From Macrostomum hystrix (taxonomy: Eukaryota > Animalia > Platyhelminthes): a stretch of 64,000 nt of DNA. Shown one piece after another: positions 51,058-62,100 of this stretch. The notes below the pieces were generated by a model. That model was not told the DNA's origin, made no database searches, and worked only from the letters and a program-made list of their open reading frames with translations. Each line of letters starts with the position of its first letter. Positions within the stretch are counted from its first letter, which is position 1. The translations under genes were made by a program, and so were the position numbers. The stretch is from contig CATNEN010000031.1 in the NCBI GenBank assembly GCA_950097015.1, forward strand, positions 2,790,001-2,854,000, written 5' to 3'.

Positions 51058-52386
51058 CATTAGAAAGTACTTACCGATAATTTGAAAGTACTGACAGATA
51101 ATAGAAAGTACTGACAGATAATAGAAAGTACTGACAGATAATAGAAAGTACTGACAGATAATAGAAAGTACTGACAGATGATTAGAAAGTACTTACCGAT
51201 AATTTGAAAGTACTGACAGATAATAGAAATTACTGACATATAATAGAAAGTGCTGACAGATAATAGAAAGTACTGACAGATGATTAGAAAGTACTTACCG
51301 ATAATTTGAAAGTACTGACAGATAATAGAAAGTACTGACATATAATAGAAAGTGCTGACAGATAATAGAAAGTACTGACATATAATAGAAAGTGCTGACA
51401 GATAATAGAAAGTACTGACAGATGATTAGAAAGTACTGAGAGATGATAAGAAAGTACTGACAGTTGATTAGAAAGTACTGACAGATGCTTAGAAAGTACT
51501 GACAGATGATTAGAAAGTACTGACAGATGCTTAAAAAGTACTTACCGATAATTTGAAAGTACTGACAGATAATAGAAAGTACTGACAGATAATAGAAAGT
51601 ACTGACAGATGCTTAGAAAGTACTGACAGATGATTAGAAAGTACTGACAGATGATTAGAAAGTACTGACAGATGCTTAGAAAGTACTTACCGATAATTTG
51701 AAAGTACTGACAGATAATAGAAAGTACTGACAGATGAATAGAAAGTACTGACAGATGCTTAAAAAGTACTTACCGATAATTTGAAAGTACTGACAGATGA
51801 ATAGAAAGTACTGACAGATGAATAGAAAGTACTGACAGATGATTAGAAAGTACTGACAGATGATTAGAAAGTACTGACAGATGATTAGAAAGTACTGACA
51901 GATGCTTAGAAAGTACTGACAGATGATTAGAAAGTACTGACAGTTGATTAGAAAGTACTGACAGATGCTTAGAAAGTACTGACAGATGCTTAGAAAGTAC
52001 TGACAGTTGATTAGAAAGTACTGACAGATGCTTAGAAAGTACTGACAGATGATTAGAAAGTACTGACAGATGAATAGAAAGTACTGACAGATGATTAGAA
52101 AGTACTGACAGATGCTTAGAAAGTACTGACAGATGCTTAGAAAGTACTAACAGATGCTTAGAAAGTACTGACAGATGCTTAGAAAGTACTGACAGATGAT
52201 TAGAAAGTACTGACAGATGATTAGAAAGTACTGAGAGATGATTAGAAAGTACTGACAGTTGATTAGAAAGTACTGACAGTTGATTAGAAAGTACTGAAAG
52301 ATGATTAGAAAGTGCTGACAGATGATTAGAAAGTACTGACAGATGATTAGAAAGTACTGACAGATGATTAGAAAGTACTGACAGAT
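51058..52386. repeat. Tandem array, 20-21 bp unit (AGAAAGTACTGACAGATGATT)
   Basis: Visible array; explains the LSVLSNH ORF. Confidence 0.95.
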
Positions 52387-52689
52387 GTTCGCTCCAAGTG
52401 CATTTTAATAGGGCCAACTTGCAACTTTGGCTGTCGCCGACACAGTTATCCTGCCGGAAGATTATTCAGCGATTTCTGAGGCAAAATTCATTTTTTAGCA
52501 GGGAGGATGAAAGCTAAAAATGGCGGAACAGAGAGAATCTCCCACAAGACAAACATTCACTAACAATAGCCGGCAGTCTCTCTCCTATAACAATAGGCTT
52601 TGATGCATTTGCGATGCACAAACTTTATGGATTCTGCAGTCGATCTGGCATTGTAAAGTGCGGATTTCAGAAGGGATTTCAGTAACAAT

Positions 52690-52836
52690 TCCAGCAAGGA
52701 TTCCTACAACAATTTCTATTAGGGATTCTGGTAGGGATTCTGGTAGAGATTCTAGTAGGGATTCTATTAGGTATTGTTAGGGATTGTGGTAGGGATTATA
52801 GTAGGGATTCTATTAGGGATTCTGGTAGGGATTCTG
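52690..52836. repeat. 12-bp satellite (GGGATTCTRGTA), left part, interrupted by an LTR element
   Basis: The same unit continues at 56159 after the right LTR. Confidence 0.88.
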
Positions 52837-55800
52837 TGTCATGAATATGAGGCGCAGTCAATTGGCTTAGCTTTTGTTATAATATGAAGGCGCACTTGAC
52901 GTGAATAGGCGAGGCTATATGCCAGCTTGTATTATTCAGCTTCAAGCTAAACGATCTATAATAGAACGACAGGCGCGGGTTTTAGACTTAAAGGGATACG
53001 CCAGGTTGGGGCATAGACAATAAACGAAGCAGCAACGCTTTTGCTAGTAATAACGAAACTAAATGACACGCGATGAACAGATAACGACTGCATTGCAATA
53101 ATGATTTATATGATACCAACTCGCACAGCATAACATGTCCCCCTTCTGATATGAAAGGTGTGTTCTCGAGAAGAAACCAACGAGTGAGAATACATAGTAG
53201 TTATAGAATGCGAATAAACAAAACCATATAGTGCGTTGTCAGTTAGGACTCCAATTCAATTGAGATGGGACAGTAATTTATAGATCATGGCTCAAAACTA
53301 TCAGGTGCGCGCCGAGCGCGCGCGCTCCTGCGCGGTGCAAATCCAGCTTCCTGTTGGTCATTCGTAGGCTGCTCCTCCTGGTCCCTGACCTCAGAAGCGG
53401 CTTTCTCCTCCTCCTCTCCAGTCCCAGGTAGCGGGGCGATTTGGTTGTTGCTCGCCAGTCGCAATTGGTCCCCAGCCAACAGCCAGGAAGTATTATGTCC
53501 TCGCGACATCAGGAACTGGGCTTGGGAGGAAGGAGCATCAGCATTGGGCTTGTAAACCACCCTGGCACCCTGTTGAAACGTAGAGAGAGGTAGGTCGTCC
53601 AAATAGCAATTCAGCCGGTCTCTTACCGCGCCACAGAGAGGAAATGCGGTGGTGCATAAGCACTTTCTGCAAGTAGGACAGGAAGTCACAGTGAGTTAGT
53701 CGCTGAGTCCAGGCCTTAAGGGCTCTTTTAACTGTCTGCACTGTCTCCGCGGCACCGTTAGATTGTGGTGAATAGCGGGGTGATTCTAATTTGCGCGCTC
53801 CGTTTGCCTGCAGCCAGTCCAACAAAACGTCAGATGTAAATTCGGCCCCGTTATCGGAAACGACGACCTCTGGAACACCAAACCGGCAAAAACAGTTCGG
53901 AGGCACTTCAGGACGCTTTCGGCAGATCTATCCTTTGATGGAAAGGCCTCAATCCATCCGGAAAAGGCATCGACAACTATCAGAATGTTCCCAACTCCAG
54001 GCACAAAGGCCCAATCCATGTGGATTCTCTGGAATGGGGCCGATGCCGGGGGCCAAATGTCGCGTGACTTCATCAGACGTGGCCTCAATTTAGCGCATGC
54101 ATAGCACTGGCGCACAAACTCCGTGTCGTGATGCATTCCAGGCCACCAGCAGGTCAGAGACAGCAGGTTGTATGTCGCAGAAACTCCTGAGTGAGTATCG
54201 TGAACCGCTTTGAATGCTTCGAGGCGCAGTCGAGGCGGGATGAAGATACGTCTTCCCATGTACAACAGACCATTCTCAATCGTCAGGCACTCAGCTACCT
54301 TCTTGAACGGCATCTCCGCTTCTGACCCTTCCACTGGCTCAATGACGCCCAACTGCTGCAGTTTCTCGAGTTCGGCGTTGATCTTCTCTTCCATGGCTAG
54401 CGGGACCGGGCGAGCACGGCAGAACTGAGGCGTCGCCCCCTCAAGTAGTTCCATGTGGGCCTTGACACCCTTTATTGTTGGCAGGGGCTCCACTGTCGGT
54501 GGCGCAGACGCTGTTGATCCGTGGAATATTGCGTCAGAGTCTAGCAAGTCTCGCCCTAAGAGGCCGAACGACTTTGAGGACGAAACAACCATAAGCTCCA
54601 CGGGATGCAGGCGCTTACGTAACTCCACCACAGTTACAAGCTTACCCAGTGTCTTCAGGCTATGCCCATCGTACGCCTCTAGGCGCCTGTTACACTTTTC
54701 CAGCTGCGGTCGGTCCAGACCTTCCCAGATCTTTGATGAGAGCACAGAGACGGAAGCACCAGTGTCCACCTGCATCGGGATCTTGACCCCGTTGAGTACC
54801 ATAGTCTCTGAGGCTTCAGAGATGGCATGTACTTGGCTTGCCACATCAGTCAGATGGAGTAGATCCGCTTGATTGTTCGTGGAGTTGCCAGGCGTGATCT
54901 CCGCGTGGTGTATACCCTTGCCTGACGGAACAGAAGAGCGGCAGACGGCGGCGAAATGGTTGCGTTTGTTACACTTCGAGCAAATTTTTCCGTACGCAGG
55001 GCATTTTCCTCGCTGGTGCTTGCCACCGCAGTACTTGCACTGTTGAACCTGGAGGTTCTCCGAACGTCTCCCATTATTGGCGTAATGGAGGTTCTCCGAA
55101 TGTCTCCCATTATTGGCGTAATGGAGGTTCTCCGAATGTCTCCCATTATTGGCGTAATGGAGGTTCTCCGAATGTCTCCCATTATTGGCGTAATGGAGGT
55201 TCTCCGAATGTCTCCCATTATTGGCGTAATGGACAGTCTTCACTCGTGCCCGGCACTGTTGCTCGTGATGGTAGCCCCGCGTGTGACTGACTACCGCGGG
55301 AGTCCTGAATGTCGACGAAAGCGTTGATTTGCTCGTAGCTTCTGATGAGGTCGATTTTCTCAGGGACTGTGAGCTCTTTAATCTGCATCGCTTCAAGCAC
55401 TCGCTTCTGCTGATCCGAGCTATGCAAACCGGCAATGAGCGCGAGACGCACCACCTCTTCTTCGGGGCTGTCGCTCGGCTTCAAAGAGTCGAATTTGCAG
55501 TGTGTCGCTGCCTTTCTTACCCGGGCTAGATAGTGAGTAATTGGCTCGTCAGCACTCTCCCGAAGCGTAAAGAAGTTTGTCCGCTCAGCCACAACTAAGC
55601 GCTTTTGAGGTTGAAGATAGGCTTCAAGTGCAGTCTCCACGTCTGTAAAGAGCATTTCTTCAACATCACGCGGAGCGACCCAGTTTGATAGCTTTTCCAG
55701 TTTAGCCAGCCCACAGGATGACAGGAAATGATCCGTGATTTGCCGTGTCTCAGTCGTGTCGGTCCATTTGTTAGCACGAGCCAGTGATTTGAATGCTTTT

Positions 55801-56158
55801 AGCCAAGTGAGAGCCCGATCTGCGTTGTTGAGATCCAGTTCACCTAGCCGCGACGCCATTGTCATGAATATGAGGCGCAGTCAATTGGCTTAGCTTTTGT
55901 TATAATATGAAGGCGCACTTGACGTGAATAGGCGAGGCTATATGCCAGCTTGTATTATTCAGCTTCAAGCTAAACGATCTATAATAGAACGATAGGCGCG
56001 GGTTTTAGACTTAAAGGGATACGCCAGGTTGGGGCATAGACAATAAACGAAGCAGCAACGCTTTTGCTATTAATAACGAAACGAAATGACACGCGATGAA
56101 CAGATAACGACTGCATTGCAATAATGATTTATATGATACCAACTCGCACAGCATAACA
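52837..56158 (-). mobile_element. Ty3/Gypsy LTR retrotransposon, internally deleted (gag-PR-IN; RT/RNase H missing)
   Basis: 299-bp LTRs at 52837-53135 and 55860-56158 (TGT...ACA, 3 substitutions), 5-bp TSD TTCTG, PBS TGGCGTCGCGG next to the right LTR and PPT AGAAGGGGGA next to the left LTR (minus strand). Coding remnants: Gag, Cys/His knuckle CKYCGGKH..CSKCNKRNHFAAVC, protease VDTGAS, integrase H-H (HDTHSG), and D-D-E fragments (MDW, SDNG, SNGAAE) with frameshifts. Confidence 0.95.
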
Positions 56159-56690
56159 TTCTGGTAGGATTTCTGGTAGGGATTCTGGTAGGGATTCTGG
56201 TAGGGATTATAGTAGGGATTCTATTAGGGATTGTGGTAGGGATTATAGTAGGGATTCTATTAGGGATTCTATTAGGGATTCTATTAGGGATTGTGGTAGG
56301 GATTATAGTAGGGATTCTATTAGGGATTCTATTAGGGATTGTGGTAGGGATTATAGTAGGGATTCTATTAGGGATTCTATTAGGGATTATATTAGGGATT
56401 GTGGTAGGGATTCTGGTAGGGATTCTGGTAGGGATTCTAGTAGGGATTATAGTAGGGATTCTATTAGGGATTCTGGTAGGGATGCTAGTAGGGAATCTCT
56501 TAGGGATTCTGGTAGGGCTTCTGGTAGGGATTCTGGTAGGGATTCAAGTAGGGATTCTAGTAGGGATTCTAGTAGGGATTCTAGTAGGGATTCTAGTAGG
56601 CATTCTGGTATGGATTCTAGTAGGGATTCTATTAGGGATTCTGGTTGGGATTCTATTAGGGATTCTGGTTGGGATTCAAGTTGGGATTCA
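56159..56690. repeat. 12-bp satellite (GGGATTCTRGTA), right part
   Basis: Continuation of the 52690-52836 array. Confidence 0.93.
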
Positions 56691-57092
56691 ATGATTGTTT
56701 TGTAATGATTCTTGACTGTAAACAGCATGGGATCTTGTCCCAGAACAGGTAGGTCCAATTCTATTGGTTAATTTTTAGCCAGCCAATCCTGGATGTTGAT
56801 TTGTGTGCAATGAGCCTGAACTTTGCGTTTGTTGCTATGGAAACGAGTAGATTTATGGCCATTTATGCCATCAAGCACATAAGCTCATTTCACTGCAGTG
56901 AAAAAACTAATCTAGACTGCCTGTCAGTCAGTCGAAGGGAGCATCCGTCTCAGTTTTGTCCTTTATTGTTCCAATAATAAAGGTAAAAGCAAGCTTATTG
57001 CCCGGACCAATCTTTGACAGCACTTTATCTAGCTGGTCCACGGATTAAGTAATCCGCTCCTAAGTATAAAGTCCACCCTTACCAAGCAAACT

Positions 57093-57558
57093 CCACCCCC
57101 GACACAGTCCAATCCGCCCCCGAAACAGTCAAATCCGCCCCCGACACAGTCAAATCCGCCCCCGACACAGTCAAATCCGCCCCCGACACAGTCCAATCCG
57201 CCCCCGAAACAGTCAAATCCGCCCCTGACACAGTCAAATCCGCCCCGACACAGTCAAATCCGCCCCCGACACAGTCAAATCCGCCCCCGAAACAGTCAAA
57301 TCCGCCCCCGACACAGTCAAATCCGCCCCCGACACAGTCAAATCCGCCCCCGAAACAGTCAAATCCGCCCCCGAAACAGTCAAATCCGCCCCCGACACAG
57401 TCAAATCCGCCCCCGAAACAGTCAAATCCGCCCCCGACACAGTCAAATCCGCCCCTGACACAGTCAAATCCGCCCCTGACACAGTCAAATCTGCCCCTGA
57501 CACAGTCAAATCCGCCCCCACACAGTCAAATCCGCCCCTGACACAGTCAAATCCGCCC
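57093..57558. repeat. Tandem array, 21-bp unit (GACACAGTCAAATCCGCCCCC), ending about 30 bp upstream of the lectin ATG
   Basis: About 22 copies visible. Confidence 0.95.
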
Positions 57559-57590
57559 TGCACAAAGGTTTGCCGCTGAAAAATCGCAGT

Positions 57591-58614
57591 ATGGAGTCAA
57601 CTCTGCTTGCCTGGCTGCTTCTTCTACTCTTCGCCGGCTGCGAATGTGCGGACGCTGGTATCGACGGCTTCCAGCTCATCCAGGGCTCGCTGTGCATCCT
57701 CAGCCAGCACACAGTCGAAGTTGCCACGTCGTTGGCTAGAACAACTCCTGCCTGCGCTTATTACTGTTCCACACTCGACAACTGCCAGGCCTTCGAACCG
57801 CCGGAAGATGGTCCTTGCCGCCTGTTCGTTTTCGACAAGTGCAGCCGCCCCCTGGAAAACTGCGGCGCCTGCAATCGAACTGGCAAAGTTTTTGTGCGGC
57901 GAAGACCCGGTCTGTCACCTGGCCGACTGTGCCCGGATACCTATGGAAATTCCAGGTGAGACACTGATGGCAGATCACAGGGGAGACACTGATGGCAGAT
58001 CACAGGGGAGACACTGATGGCAGATCACAGGGGAGACACGGATGGCAGATCACAGGGGAGACACGGATGGCAGATCACAGGTGAGACACTGATGGCAGAT
58101 GGCAGGTGAGATACTGACGTGATGTGGTAACGGAGTTAATAACACTGAAGCTAAGATAATCCTCATTAGCAGACTTTAGGGCAGTTTGATCGCAATCCCA
58201 TTCCTTGTCAGGTGTGGACTGAGCTATCGTCTGGCCTTTGGCTCCCACAGCTGGATGGCCTTCAAGACACTCGCAGCGGCCGAGCCCGGAGTTCTTGCCG
58301 GCTTCGCCGACGCCCTGACGGCCAGCGAGATGGCATGGGTTCGAGTCCTCAGCGCCCGCTTTGCCTCGTCCTTCTTCCTATCGGGCGCTCAGCTGCCCGG
58401 AAGTTCGGAGCCGGCGGAAGGCTTCTACTGGAGCCGCTGCAACCAGACCGTCGACATGAGCTTCTTCTGGCCCGGCGATCCGAACAATCTGCCGCCTGGC
58501 GAGGACTTTATCGGCGTCTATTTCGGTGGCGGCACGGAAGTCAAGGGGCTGGTGGATGTGCCTGCCGACCCCTACAACACCGCCTTGTTCATGTGCGTGT
58601 CGCCCTTCGACTGA
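57591..58614 (+). CDS. Secreted protein with a PAN/apple-like Cys domain and a C-type lectin-like domain, about 255 aa
   Basis: Exon 57591-57955 (signal peptide MESTLLAWLLLLLFAGCECA; PAN-like CAYYCSTLDNCQAF..C; AG|gtgag) and exon 58212-58614 (gtcag|G; FYWS..FWPGDPNN..GEDFI..LVDVP..FMC, CTLD-like). Phase is consistent. Confidence 0.75.
57956..58112. repeat. 25-bp tandem array (GAGACACTGATGGCAGATCACAGGG) filling the 5' part of the lectin intron
   Basis: The first unit begins at the donor GTGAG. Confidence 0.9.
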
Positions 58615-59195
58615 AGGGACAGACGGCGTCTCCACCGCAGACTGTACTTGATGCTGAGATTAACTGACATGATACTCTGGGTTAGGGGATCTTGAATGCT
58701 TTTTCTTAAACGGATGATTCTGTCTCTCCGAAGATCCTTAAAGACGATTCTTGGTGATTCTCGATTATCACCTTAGATATTATCCCAAATGATCACCTTT
58801 GAGATTAGCCCAAATTAATAACTTGGAGATTATCCCAAATGATCACATTGGAGATTATCCCACATGATCACCTTGAAGATTATCCTAAATGATCACCTGG
58901 TGATAATCCCTGATTATTCCCAATGATCACTATTGATAATCCCTCGATAATCCCTTTAAGATTATCGATTATCCCAGGAGATTATCCCCATGATCCCCCC
59001 GAGATTGGTCCATCTTCGATGTCTCGATCCTCAATGATCCGGCCTTGAGAGTGAGCACTAAAGTTTCATCCTCCGAAGGTCGGCGTGTGCTCCGTGTTTT
59101 GCCCAAATTCAGCTTGGAAAATAAAATCGAGTAAAAAATACTATTCTTACTATCTTCATGTGTTCCGCATTGCCATCCTAAGATTCTGCAACACG

Positions 59196-62100
59196 AACTG
59201 CTACAGGGATTCTAGTAGGGACTGCTACAGGGATTCTAGTAGGGACTGATAAAGGGATTCTAGTAGGGACTGCTACAGGGATTCTAGTAGGGACTGCTAC
59301 AGGGATTCTAGTAGGGACTGCTACAGGGATTCTAGTAGGGACTGCTACAGGGATTCTAGTAGGGACTGCTACAGGGATTCTAGTTGGGACTGCTACAGGG
59401 ATTCTAGTAGGGACTGCTACAGGGATTCTAGTAGGGACTGCTACAGGGATTCTAGTTGGGACTGCTACAGCGATTCTAGTGGGGACTACTACAGGGATTC
59501 TAGTAGGGACTGATAAAGGGATTCTAGTAGGGACTGTTAAAGGGATTCTAGTAGGGACTGATAAAGGGATTCTAGTAGGGACTGCTACAGGGATTCTAGT
59601 TGGGACTGCTACAGGGATTCTAGTAGGGACTGATAAAGGGATTCTAGTAGGGACTGTTAAAGGGATTCTAGTTGGGACTGTTAAAGGGATTCTAGTAGGG
59701 ACTGCTACAGGGATTCTAGTTGGGACTGCTACAGGGATTCTAGTAGGGACTGCTACAGGGATTCTAGTTGGGACTACTACAGGGATTCTAGTAGGGACTG
59801 CTACAGGGATTCTAGTTGGGACTGCTACAGGGATTCTAGTTGGGACTGTTACAGCGATTCTAGTGGGGACTGATAAAGGGATTCTAGTAGGGACTGCTAC
59901 AGCGATTCTAGTGGGGACTGTTACAGCGATTCTAGTGGGGACTGATAAAGGGATTCTAGTAGGGACTGCTACAGCGATTCTAGTGGGGACTGATAAATGG
60001 ATTCTATTAGGGACTGCTAAAGGGATTCTAGTAGGGACTGTTTAAGGGATTCTAGTAGAGACTGATAAAGGGATTCTAGTAGAGACTGATAAAGGGATTC
60101 TAGTAGGGACTGCTACAGGGATTCTAGTAGGGGCTGCTGCAGCGATTCTAGTAGGGACTGCTACAGGGATTCTAGTAGGGATTGATAAAGGGATTCTAGT
60201 AGGGACTGCTACAGGGATTCTAGTTGGGACTGCTACAGGGATTCTAGTTGGGACTGCTACATGGATTCTAGTAGGGACTGCTACAGGGATTCTAGTTGGG
60301 ACTGCTACAGGGATTCTAGTAGGGACTGCTACAGGGATTCTATTAGGGACTGCTACAGGGATTCTAGTTGGGACTGCTACAGCGATTCTAGTGGGGACTA
60401 CTACAGGGATTCTAGTGGGGGCTGATAAAGGGATTCTAGTAGGGACTGATAAAGGGATTCTAGTAGGGACTGATAAAGGGATTCTAGTAGGGACTGCTAC
60501 AGGGATTCTAGTTGGGACTGCTACAGGGATTCTAGTAGGGACTGATAGAGGGATTCTAGTAGGGACTGATAAAGGGATTCTAGTAGGGACTGATAAAGGG
60601 ATTCTAGTAGGGACTGATAAAGGGATTCTAGTAGGGACTGCTACAGGGATTCTAGTAGGGACTGTTAAAGGGATTCTAGTAGGGACTGATAAAGGGATTC
60701 TAGTAGGGACTGCTACAGGGATTCTAGTTGGGACTGCTACAGGGATTCTAGTAGGAACTGATAAAGGGATTCTAGTGGGGACTGTTACAGGGATTCTAGT
60801 TGGGACTGCTACAGGGATTCTAGTAGGGACTGCTACAGGGATTCTAGTAGGGACTGTTAAAGGGATTCTAGTTGGGACTGATAAAGGGATTCTAGTAGGG
60901 ACTGATAAAGGGATTCTAGTAGGGACTGCTACAGGGATTCTAGTAGGGACTGCTACAGGGATTCTAGTAGGGACTGATAAAGGGATTCTAGTTGGGACTG
61001 CTACATGGATTCTAGTAGGGACTGCTACAGGGATTCTAGTAGGGACTGCTACAGGGATTCTAGTTGGGACTGCTACAGCGATTCTAGTGGGGACTACTAC
61101 AAGGATTCTAGTGGGGACTGATAAAGGGATTCTAGTAGGGACTGTTAAAGGGATTCTAGTAGGGACTGATAAAGGGATTCTAGTAGGGACTGCTACAGGG
61201 ATTCTAGTTGGGACTGCTACAGGGATTCTAGTAGGGACTGATAAAGGGATTCTAGTAGGGACTGTTAAAGGGATTCTAGTAGGGACTGTTAAAGGGATTC
61301 TAGTAGGGACTGCTACAGGGATTCTAGTTGGGACTGCTACAGGGATTCTAGTAGGGACTGCTACAGGGATTCTAGTAGGGACTGCTACAGGGATTCTAGT
61401 AGGGATTGATAAAGGGATTCTAGTAGGGACTGCTACAGGGATTCTAGTAGGGACTGCTACAGGGATTCTAGTAGGGGCTGCTGCAGCGATTCTAGTAGGG
61501 ACTGATAAAGGGATTCTAGTAGGGACTGATAAAGGGATTCTAGTAGGGACTGCTACAGGGATTCTAGTAGGGACTGCTACAGGGATTCTAGTAGGGACTG
61601 ATAAAGGGATTCTAGTTGGGACTGCTACATGGATTCTAGTAGGGACTGCTACAGGGATTCTAGTAGGGACTGCTACAGGGATTCTAGTTGGGACTGCTAC
61701 AGCGATTCTAGTGGGGACTACTACAAGGATTCTAGTGGGGACTGATAAAGGGATTCTAGTAGGGACTGTTAAAGGGATTCTAGTAGGGACTGATAAAGGG
61801 ATTCTAGTAGGGACTGCTACAGGGATTCTAGTTGGGACTGCTACAGGGATTCTAGTAGGGACTGATAAAGGGATTCTAGTAGGGACTGTTAAAGGGATTC
61901 TAGTAGGGACTGTTAAAGGGATTCTAGTAGGGACTGCTACAGGGATTCTAGTTGGGACTGCTACAGGGATTCTAGTAGGGACTGCTACAGGGATTCTAGT
62001 TGGGACTACTACAGGGATTCTAGTAGGGACTGCTACAGGGATTCTAGTTGGGACTGCTACAGGGATTCTAGTTGGGACTGCTACAGCGATTCTAGTGGGG

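Noticed and set aside
51770-52417. LSVLSNH heptad ORF suggesting a coiled coil
   Set aside because: Translation of a 21-bp satellite that continues out of frame with 20-bp units.
57234-57563. SGADLTV repeat ORF resembling pentapeptide-repeat proteins
   Set aside because: Antisense translation of the 21-bp array upstream of the lectin gene.
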